Shown here in pieces: positions 13,501-28,250 of a stretch of 64,000 nt of DNA. The notes under the pieces are model-generated. The model ran no database searches and was not told where the DNA came from. It saw nothing but the letters and a program-made list of their open reading frames with translations. This DNA is from Styela clava (lineage: Eukaryota). Every line of letters starts with the position of its first letter. Position 1 is the first letter of the stretch. The position numbers and the translations under genes were made by a program. The stretch is from positions 13,702,001-13,766,000 of the forward strand of contig NC_135264.1 of NCBI RefSeq assembly GCF_964204865.1, read 5' to 3'.

Positions 13501-16500
13501 AGGCAGATTAGAAGTTATATAATTCCTGTACTTAATCTAAATCTAATGTAACCCTTGAAAAGTAGAAATTCACCCCAGTTTGGAAACCCTGGCTTAGATG
13601 AATGGAATTAGTGATTTTATCATTTTATTAATAGTTAATTACATGGTAAAAAATCCCCCAATGGACGAATAACTGATGTATCTTATGTAACCTTTAAACA
13701 TTGGAAATTTCGGACGTGGAAAAAAAAACTGTTTATGAAAGTTATCGGATTTTATATTCGAACTATTATTGTAAAATCGAAATATGACTAGGTCTTATCT
13801 AAACAAGAACGAGTCCAATACTATACAAAAGTGTTATTTGGATATATCGTCTATTTCGAAGCTTAAATCAATAGTGTTGTTTATTCGACAGTACACACTG
13901 TTTCGTCATAAAGGGTATTTCAGATAAAAAGACGCCGACGAATCGCTTTCACACTATTAATAGACATTATCAAATAACAAATGTGTAAATTTAATATTTT
14001 TAATTGAAAAGACTATAGTCAGGAATAAATTATTTGCAATGTATTATCATATATATATAATAGGCCATGCGTGACATTGGAATTCAATATTAGGGCGATG
14101 TTATCTAATCATATGCAATGCTTAATCTAAGATATATTCTTCAAGAAAAATTGTTCAATATTTCAAATGTTATAACCCATAAATTCTATAGAAAAATACT
14201 ATTTTTTTAATAATGACATTTCTGGCAGTACATAAATACATCTGATGATAATTATGAAAAATTGATGAACATCGTCTTATACAAAAAGACTAATTTAAAT
14301 TTTGATCATGCTTTTTCTCTATCAATAATTGGCAGTAGAATTTATTCCGCAAATATTTGGGATTATCATTCTCAATGACACATAAATTGTTACCGAAGGA
14401 ACAAACATTGAATGTCAAGACGATTTTATCTTCTTTGTCTTATTATTCAAATTCACTCCAAATAATTTAGAAATTGTTTGACATTTTATTATGTGACTAT
14501 TGTGTAACTTTAGTTAAGTTGCAACTTTGCAGATTCCCTTCTATTGTCGAAATTTTCCCTTCATATCACTGACTGTAACCGATTACTTTTCTGGACACGA
14601 CCTATGAATCGTTTTGTGATTATGTTGTTGTTCATTAACTACTGAACCAATTGCTTTGAAATTTTCAGTGGTTGAAGATTGTATTTTTCGCTAGAAGGCT
14701 ATTACTTTTATTTATTTCAAAAAAACTGTATGTGTGTTCTACTATGTATTTCGTTTCGTTTTTCATTTTAAAATTTTGTGTGATGGCCTCTTCAAAATTA
14801 TTATTTGTAGCGGATTTGCGACTTTTTTCGTGCTACTCTCTTGCTAGTGTTTTGCGGCACTGGTACTGTAAAAGGTAGGGCAGACTACTGCTTCGCTTTA
14901 GTCTTGGTGTCCATATATTTGGGCATCGCACTCTTGTTTTATATATGGTTATGTTACTGTGAGTTCTCGTCATTTACGGCTTTCGCGCTGAGCCAGGCTT
15001 CACACAAGCAGATATCGATTTGAGCAGCTACTGTTATTTGGAAGGACCGGAGGTGGGTGCATGGTTTTATTTTGAATTCGAGATGCGATGCCAACACAAT
15101 TAACGCTTCAACCACTGAACCACCGCATGTTTCCCGTTTTCACTCCCAACAAGGCAGTGAGTGTACAAGCAGTCACAGGGACGGTTCCGGTTCCAATTCT
15201 TATACCGTAAATGAGCTGTCAGTTCTAGTTTGGAGAGTGGACTGACGAGATTCTGAATTTGCTTGTATGACTGTTCTAGCACAGAGGTGGGCAAGGCTTA
15301 GACCAGGGGCCAAAAATTTTGCCCACTTAAACTGGCCCTGTGAGTGTGTCGCAAAAGGTTACATTTTATGAACAATATTTACAGTGGTATAAAATCAGAA
15401 GTCAAAAACAATAAGCCTCGTGCCAAAACTAAATTTAATAGCAATTTCAACAAGTTCCTTGAGTTATTTTTAGCTATAAACAACAAAATTTGGATTTAGT
15501 TTGATTGAGGCAGCATCAGGCGACCCAAATTGAATTACCCAACGAGCCGTAGTTCGCCCGTGTCAGTTCTAGCACCATTAACGAGCCATTGTGGGTAAGA
15601 AAATACCGAATTTTGGATTATTTTGTTCGATATTTAAATGTTTTCATTAATCGCTAATAGACATCGGTACGGCCCATGAGATTTGGTGAAATGTCCAATG
15701 ATTCCGAGTTTGTTTTGTCGTCGCCCAAGCGTTAAAACGGCGGGTTTCTCACGCTTCGTTGCACACCGATCAAAGAGACCTAATCCGACAACCACGCTGT
15801 CTCCGGATTATCCGGTAACCCTCTCGAGTACATTCTTCAAGATGGCGGCGTTGATACGTTCGGTTATGCAACTGATTAAATAAATAGGCACAACTTTTTT
15901 CTGAAATTTGTCGTCTTTTAAGGTTACAAAATAACTTACAAAATAATTACAAAATAACTGCCAATACCTTATTTCTTCCTCTTTATCCTATTTCCCCGAA
16001 TACTTTGCTCAAAAAGGTTCACTTTTAAGATAATTCAACATTTGATATAAGTGTATTTACCCATATTGTATCGAAATAATTTTTTTCTTCTAAATTTCAT
16101 TTGTTTTTGATAGTTTGATAACTGTGGAGGTTTAATTGAATATCAAAATTATCGGAAATAAATATTTTCAAATAATAGTTTTATGTTGGCACTATGTTCT
16201 ACAAAAGTGCGTCTTTGGAAAATATCTTAAAATACACAAGAGGGACTTATAAATAAAATAAAAATGTTACTTGTAAAAATATTTTTCCAACAATTTTTTA
16301 TTAAAATAGAAAGATTAACAAATAGTCTATTTTCGAAGCATGATAAAACAGATAGATTCACTTGATAGACACTTTGAAAATACTTTTATAATATTATATC
16401 CTTCACTATTTCACAATTTTGTATTTAAAATTGCTATGAGAATTTAAAATAAAAACTGACGTACGTTGTTTTGCGTCATATCAAAAAATTACGTTTTATT

Positions 16501-19360
16501 TTCTGCGTCTCATTTTGACATCTCGTCAATAATATGATTATATTTTATGATTTAGTGAAATAAAAAAAGATTTTGACGTAGATGAGTTCTGGGAAGGCCG
16601 ATCGTTTGTTAATGTATAACCCTGACAGCAGCTTGTCCTAACAGTCCAACATTCTTTTACCCGTATCGACCGAAAACGAGAACTCTCTCTTGATAAATGG
16701 CTTCTCTCGTACACGCATGGATGAACTTTTTATTCGTTTTGATTGCTCGCCCCGATGGGAGGCGCTCCGCAGTTATTAGCCCCGCTATTGAGCTAGGTGC
16801 GCATTAATTAGAATGACGTTTATTGTACGCTTAAAAATACGAGATATCATCTCCCACTGTCATCCTGTCTTCTTTAAAATGCTGTCTGAGTCAGCGCGAG
16901 GATTTATGTTACCATGGATACTTTATTTTGACCTTATATGAGTTGCATTTTTTCCCGTGTTTTTTTTTTTTTTGAAATTTGTGGAATTGCGACTATTTAC
17001 GCAATTTGAATTTTATGATCTTTTGTACAAAGACACTGTCACTATATTATAAAAATGAGAGATTTGAGGAAACACCCAACCACGTTTTTAAAAATCGAAT
17101 TTCCAGCGCAATATGCATTCCTAACCCAAACTCTAACTGGATAACTACTCATTTTCTTATTTTGATCGTTGGCAAGGATGTTTTTTTTTGGCGGGGATTT
17201 TTACAAAAGATTATTATTATTTTTTTATTTTTCAATTTTTTAAAATGAAAGGCTGTTTCGTATTAAGTGAGACTGATGGTGGGTACTATCTTGTTTTCGC
17301 CCCAACGTTCATTTTCTTATTTGAATTTTCGATTCTATTTATCTCAGGTTTTAGCCCCAACGTTGATTTTCTTATTCTTAGGTTTTTCCGGTGATTCCCA
17401 ACTTTTTTCGTTGATTTCCTCCCGTCGCCATTTTTTAATTTTGATTCCTTACAATGTATAAAAAGTACTTTATTTATTCAATCTTAAATGGTTTCTTCTC
17501 TAGTGTTATGCACAAGTCGCACTTCTGCTTCCGTGCGGTTTTGGTAGTTTATACTGTGTGCATAAATAAGAATTATGTTAATAATAAAAACCTAAGAATA
17601 TCAGTAATAGTAATATAACGGCTAATACAAAGCAAAAACGTTGTTTGTCTATGGTAGGTTGGAAAATGTGAGACAATGGCATAACGTATCTTTACTTGTC
17701 TAATTAAAAACGCTATATTTTATGGAATTATTGGCATAATCGCTAATAGTGTTATCTTCCCTGTTATATAACAATAATTCACTATCAACATCGGTCATCG
17801 TGCTTTTACTCATCGAAGTAAACACATTCTACAAATACCTATTAATTTCTATCAGTCTATTATTGCATAGTACTTCAATCATACCTGTAAAGTCGGCTGA
17901 AGTTGTCACCCGATTCTGACTCCAAACTCCGACTGGTGGACAAAAAATTTTGAATCCAACTTTTTAGGATCGAAAGAAATTTGGACACCATCTCTCCCCC
18001 AAACCCGAATGAAATAAATTTTGATCGAGCTTTCTTCAATTCTGTTCTGATTGCTTAGTCGACTTATTTAGTTTTCGTCGAAAATTTTGACATCGATCGA
18101 TTTCCCCTATTATGAGTTTGAAATTCTGAAGAATTTCTACCACCGTCCGTACTTCCCCGACTCTAATATCCAATAGATACAAGCCAAACTCTTAGTCCCC
18201 ATAGCTCTTTTTTACCTCAATTTGTGTTTCCAGCTTTGGGTTGTAAAATACCATGCGTTTTCTATATCCCATCGTATGATTCTTTTAATTTTAGTTGAGA
18301 GTGCCATTGATCAGATGGAACGCGCTCAAGTTATTGAAGATATCGAGGATTCCGACTTCATGCCAACGCACTTTTCATCATCACGCGCGAATAAAAGTAA
18401 AGAAATATCTAAGATGCCTTCTTGGCCATCGGTGGGTTTGCTTGTATGTTTTTATTATAAGGTGTACGATTTATCAGAAGAAACTCTTATCTCAGAACAT
18501 CTTCTCATAATGCGAGCATAGTTTAAGACAAAATGACGCATTAATTAAGACGACCTTTGAGAAAAAATCTTCCTATACCTTACCATTGCACAATTTTTGA
18601 TACTTGAGCGTTTAGCAGATGTTTTAAACATACTTTTATCAAAAATATATATTCTGTTTTTTTATCTGACTTCCTACAGAAGTTCCTATGTACACGTTTA
18701 AAAGAATATATAGGGGTAATTTTTTTCCCCAATTTTCAATTTTACATTTTAGAATCTGGCTGAACAAGAAGACTACCATGAAATGGCAATATTCGGAAAT
18801 AGTGCTATTCTTTCCCTTGACGAGAAAGCGAAGAAGGAAATAAGTGAAGTCAATAAACCGTTGGTTAAAAAAACAATCAAATGGGAAGACCGAGACCCGA
18901 AGACTTTGGCTCATCCAAATGTAAGAAGTAGATTCGCATGTTTCCCGAAATACTTTGTCATATTCGTGTTGTCGTACTCTAGCGAGAACATAACTTTTGT
19001 GCAAAGCGTTATAGATTAATGAAAGTTTTGAGTACAATCATACACAACAGATCTTATTAAGAAATTTATAGTTAAAGACGATTATTGTGTACGTACGTAA
19101 TTGTCACGTCACTCTAGCGAGAACATAACTTTTGTGCAAAGCGTTTTAGATTAATGAAAGTTTTGAGTACAGTCATACACAACAGATCTTATTAAGAAAG
19201 TTATAGTTAAAGACGATTATTGTGTACGTACGTAATTGTCACGTCACTATTCTACTTTCTAAATTTTCAGTTGCACATAACACACGAAGAAGCAGAGAAT
19301 AGATGGCTCGAAAAGTTGAATTCAATGAGAAGAGACAAGTTAAAATCTAGGGGAACTTGA
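1535..19360 (+). CDS. RSRC1: Arginine/serine-rich coiled-coil protein 1 (SRrp53), ~322 aa, 12 coding exons: 1535-1650, 1722-1829, 2419-2481, 2753-2806, 3230-3262, 3709-3771, 4075-4111, 4451-4502, 6611-6658, 18295-18431, 18753-18920, 19271-19360
   Basis: N-terminal RS domain is split over small GT-AG exons. Downstream motifs IPGFAEMTPAQQSRLRVQAAFNAA, ERAQVIEDIEDSDF, TLAHPNL and EEAENRWLEKLNSMRRDKL parallel vertebrate RSRC1 (LPPAEQAKARLQ..., EAIESDSF, SLAHPNLF..AEEKWFKRLIALRQERL; recalled). Exon phases join into one 969-nt frame. Exon 6611-6658 is the least certain. Confidence 0.85.
1927..2325. repeat. Degenerate ~150-175-bp tandem triplication in RSRC1 intron 2
   Basis: Recurrent blocks GTGTCTGAGT...CGCG, TTTTTGTGATTCT and TTCCAAGAACATTGGTTATG.GGAATTGAC.ACCTCACAG. 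Confidence 0.8.
3800..4018. mobile_element. Merlin-like MITE (family A)
   Basis: Imperfect TIRs GGTACTCC.GTAGTGTGTG / CACACACTTCTGGAGCGCC and exact 8-bp TSD ATATTTTG. Near-identical copies at 12228 and 32509. Confidence 0.8.
8725..8880 (+). mobile_element. SINE, 3' portion
   Basis: Shared body AACTGGCTAACTAATCCCATACCCGACATGGA.TGGTAAC...GAGAGGCCGTGGTTCGCCATA and tail ATAAATATGTAAATCCTA, seen in about ten other copies. Confidence 0.75.
9371..9600. mobile_element. hAT-type MITE, inverted copy of the same family
   Basis: Reverse complement of 10725-10867 over ~145 bp. Confidence 0.7.
10659..10867. mobile_element. hAT-type MITE (same family as 15282)
   Basis: CAGGGGTG start, GGCCCGCGGGCC subterminal motif and a shared body with 15282-15566. 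Confidence 0.7.
12228..12450. mobile_element. Merlin-like MITE (family A)
   Basis: Same element, containing GGTTAGGGTTAGGG. TSD GAAAATTT/GAAAATTA. Confidence 0.8.
15282..15566. mobile_element. hAT-type MITE
   Basis: CAG...CAG ends, exact 8-bp TSD TTCTAGCA. Related copies at 9371-9600 (inverted) and 10659-10867. Confidence 0.8.
18976..19247. repeat. Near-perfect 135-bp tandem duplication in the last RSRC1 intron
   Basis: ACTCTAGCGAGAACATAACTTTTGTGCAAAGCG...GTCACGTC occurs at 18976 and 19111 with only a few mismatches. Confidence 0.9.
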
Positions 19361-19416
19361 TCATAAATAAGTTTAATTAATACTTTTGGAACAAGACCAG
19401 AACTGAATAAAAAATT

Positions 19417-19639
19417 GGTATTCCCGAAGTATATAAACCAAGATGGCAGACAGCGGAACGTAGAATGTGTACCAGGTTAGGGTTAGACCATAATTTCAGG
19501 TAAAAATACTAAGGGTCACATGGCTAGTCCCCGAACTCGTAATAGAACTAAAATACGGAAAATTATGGCCTAACCCTGATCTGGTACACATACTACGTTC
19601 CGGTGTCCGCCATCTTGGTTCACATACTTTGGGAGCACC
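19417..19639. mobile_element. Merlin-like foldback MITE (family B) just downstream of the RSRC1 poly(A) signal
   Basis: Long TIRs GGT.TTCCCGAAGTAT...ACCAAGATGGC.GACA...GTACCAGGTTAGGGTTAG and A-rich 8-bp flanks. Confidence 0.75.
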
Positions 19640-20332
19640 AAAAAAATTTGTGTACTATTCTTTCTGAAAAATTGTGTTCAATCTCAAATTCGAATTCGCC
19701 GTTGAACAATTTATTTATATTGAATAAATGTAATCAAATACGCTGGTTTAGGTGTGTTCCGTGACATATTTTATGACAAAAATGTATAATCAATTTCACA
19801 GGGGTTCCTCCAGCTTTTTGGAATGTTTCATTGTGGTTCCAATTCACCAAAAAGGTTGAAGACCAATGTAATAGACCAATTCGCGAGCTCGATAGCTTCA
19901 CAATTAACTAGTGTATCTGGCATCATGCCAACCACACAGCACAGGGGCGTTTCTAAGAGTGGGGCAGTCGCGCAGCACGATGTGTTGCTTATAGTCCGAT
20001 GTTTTAAATAAAAATAATACAAAACATTTCACTCTCAATTACTCCTCTATATATTCCATGTATATTAACATCTATCATTTGTTCACCCCCAAATTATTTT
20101 TGAGTTCAGGTATAAGGGTCATCATTATCAGGAAGCAGAAAAGTTTAACACGCCCATGCCACCACCTCACCCAAGGATATGATCAGGAATGGAGAATCAC
20201 AATTCTGTAGCTTTGAAATATGCACGCGCGCATACTTGCAATCCATCATGTCAGTGCTTAACGAAAATTATTGTTGGTTCTTGTAACTTGCACGTTGAAT
20301 ATTTTTACAACTTTGGGTTTTTGTATATATAT

Positions 20333-21850
20333 TTATTCTCCCAAAAACACATTTGATAATTTACGAAAAAATGTTCCATCCCTACGACTCTCTTTCGGAA
20401 CACACGATACAACTTTTTCCTTCATATCTTGTATTTTCTTTTGCATCTCTTGCGTCAATGGGTGGTTTGTTCCCAACTCTATCTTATACTGCTTTAGTGT
20501 TTCCTTAAACATATAAACAAAAAAACACTTAAATATATACTTTACATCAAGTTGAAGGGACTGAAACCTGTGGACAAGGTGGTATATTCACTTGGCTAAC
20601 ACAGACAGTCCCCGAACTCGAAGTAGAACTAAAATATGGAAAAACAGAACAAATTTATGGCCTAACTTGATACATATACTACGGGAGTGCCTAAATATAT
20701 ATATATTTACTTATGCTGCGATAAATAAACTATGGTAAAAACACGATTGATTTTCACAGCGGAATGAAATATTCAGTATGGGATTTGCATCAACAATCCA
20801 CGAGATATACAACAGAGCACACGAGCTGTTCGCGTTGCCCGTATTTCTTCACCTAACAGTAGGGCTGGGCATTTACGAATACCGGATGATTTCAGAATCG
20901 AATCGAATACTTTTTTCGAATTGAATCTTGACTACGAGATATGTAATCACATGTGGCATTTTTATTGTATTTGGTCTTCTCAAAGCATGATTTACTGAAT
21001 TCGCGTTAATGCAATAAAGTGATATATATATCAATAACTCACAAGGAACAAAATAGTCATATGTCAGGATTGCGTTATAAAAGGTATCGCTTCGATAAAA
21101 AAAAAATCGGGGAATTTTCACCTCGACCTATGGTGGACAGAGAGAAGAAACAAGATGGCGGCAATTTGAGATTTTCGTCTAACTCTAAACTGATTCGAAT
21201 AATTTACTATTCGATTCGAAATGCCCAGTCCTACCTAACATATCTCTTCTCAGGATATTTAGGAATTAGCATATGCAATAAATTGTGCCGATATTCACAA
21301 TATATATATCGTTATTTACAGTGTTCGAAATTGAGTGAGTCAGATTCTAAATCTCGACTACTGGACTTAGTTTTTAACTATACGCATCACTGGCAAAATT
21401 TGAAACTCCGAACTCGTTTATACTAACTTGTAGAATTCCCAAGACTTCCTCATTTATGGAATGCTCTATAGGGGCGGGAATTTCGATTGCCGTTTGTTTA
21501 GTAACATCACGAATATAATTCAAATGGTCTTCGTCTTTAGCGAATTGTCCCAAAGATGTCATTTGGGTCCATCTTTTAATCAATGTCATGGCTTTGATTT
21601 GTCGATTTAATCTTTTTGCCACCGACTTTAGTGTTTTCTTGGGTGACTCTTCGGCTTCTGGCTCGTTTTGTGACTTGACAGCTAATTTGGCAGCCGCACC
21701 CCACATTCCCCTCTTTGGTTTTATGGAGGGGGCTGCCGCCTCGGTGCTCTTGCTTGAAGATTGCTCATTCTTTTCTTTTTGGATTGTTTTCCCATCGATA
21801 GGGTCATTTTCTTCATCGGTTTCGATATCCGATACGCTTCTTTCACTCAT
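20333..21850 (-). CDS. Two-exon 197-aa protein (exons 21850-21428, 20503-20333) with a CatSper-zeta/TEX40-like C-terminal region
   Basis: ORF 21374-21850 has a phase-0 donor CAA|GTTAGT at 21427. Acceptor TTTAAG|GAA at 20503 continues ETLKQYKIELGTNHPLTQEMQKKIQDMKEKVVSC...VFLGE*. The N-terminus is low-complexity and charged. The gene structure is well supported; the family assignment rests on recalled similarity. Confidence 0.7.
20538..20691. mobile_element. Truncated inverted copy of Merlin-like MITE family A
   Basis: Reverse complement of the family A body (TTTACATCAAGTTG...CACTTGGCTAACACAGACAGTCCCCGAACTCG...ACTACGGGAGTGCC). Confidence 0.7.
20860..21233. mobile_element. hAT-type MITE (TAGGGCTGGGC TIR, TCGAAT-rich) in the intron of the CatSper-zeta-like gene
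   Basis: TIRs TAGGGCTGGGCATT / AATGCCCAGTCCTA and TSD CCTAACAG/CCTAACAT. A partial inverted copy lies at ~41975-42110. Confidence 0.8.
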
Positions 21851-21933
21851 TTTGAATTTTGCTTTTCACACCCAAAACAACTGATTAATTTATTGCAGCG
21901 TCAGGATTTAATTGTAATTATTCCTCACGATTA

Positions 21934-21950
21934 TGACATCACATGGCAAC
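21934..21950. promoter_or_regulatory. Overlapping CRE-like (TGACATCA) and X-box half site (CATGGCAAC) ~90 bp upstream of the CatSper-zeta-like start
   Basis: Sequence TGACATCACATGGCAAC. Confidence 0.4.
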
Positions 21951-23342
21951 TTAGCTTCCAAACCAAAGCTTCAATATTAAACCAAATCACGGAAACTTTG
22001 TGCAGATCGTCGCCCTGATTGCTCTCGACGCAGTGTACAATAGGTGCAATGCAAAAATCGTTGAGTTCAATTCTTGTCATTTCGCTCCAACATAAAAATG
22101 TGAATATATATGAAAGAAGCCGCTACAAAACGCCATGAGAAAATCTTTATCGCGCTTATTTAAAACCATCGCTATATTTTACATAGCACTCATCTTCTGT
22201 GCTTATCTGAGATACCCCTTGATGTTTTTACATTATACATTCCGCACTTCGTCTTGGAAAAAACTATGCTTGAAATTGCAAACTAAAAAGTGTTGTTGGT
22301 TAACTTGTTTAAATGAATTAGGTGATTAGGTTCAATTTGTATACATGTGTGAAGAGCGGCGCCACGAGTTTGCCTTGAAACCAGATGGAATTGCGACGTT
22401 GTTTTGTACCTGGGATGCTTCACACACTTATTTGCTAATACTTGGAAGCTGTGGTGGAATTCAAATTTTTTGTCAGCTGGTTCCTTCACAAAAGTTATAT
22501 TTTTCAGCCGATTCTGTTACAAACAGAACATTGACAGTAACCAGTAATGCTAACCGGTTAGCTAATCTTAGAAAATTCCGTGAGACCGATGCAAACTGGC
22601 TGAATTCCACCACTGCTTAGAATTTTTGAGAAGTGGGTGGCATCATAATGTAAAATATATTTTAAATAATGATAAATTTCGACCCGCCGCCGGGATTCGA
22701 AGAATTTCGAGTATGCAGAAAGTTGCATCTTTCCAATAAAAACAAACATTTTAACGTTCGAACAAGAGGAAGTTTAAATAATTAAATTGTTCACACTTGC
22801 CTAATTACCCAACCCATATTAAAAGTATTTTGTTCAGGCAGAATTAGAGAAACATCTATTTTTTTTTTATTTTGCTAATAATATTGTTGCGCTGTTCATT
22901 ACCAAATATTAGTTGAGTGGTGTTGACAAAAATTATTGATTCTTGGCAATTTTGGTTTAATATTAGGTACAGTGGGTGTCTCCTCCAGCATCGATTATTT
23001 CTTACGGTTGGGTGATTGGTTTAACTTTGGGTAATCAGTCAAATATCAAAGATATCGTGACAATTAAAACACCGCTCAAGCCACTTTTTCACTCACTCAT
23101 AAATTTCCAGAGATGACAGGATGTGATGAATTTTTGAATCAAATAATTGTAAACGCTAATTACTCAAAACAAGCATCAAATAATTTATCGGGGTCATAAG
23201 GTCAAGTATTCGACCAGTCTTGTGATTTTATGTCAATCAAAAAGCAAATCGGCCTAGTGAAAACAACTTTTTGAGACATTTAGAGATCAGGACATACCGA
23301 TACCGGTACTGACATAAGTGATCACTGTACATTATTAAAGCC

Positions 23343-28196
<4,854 letters not shown>

Positions 28197-28250
28197 TTGA
28201 TGATGGGCAGTTATTTATTCCAATTCCAGTGCAATATACTTTTTTCTACT

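Noticed and set aside
6659-18294. Nested protein-coding gene in the large RSRC1 intron
   Set aside because: Only short ORFs with no recognisable motifs or consistent exon chain. A gene with tiny exons cannot be excluded by eye.
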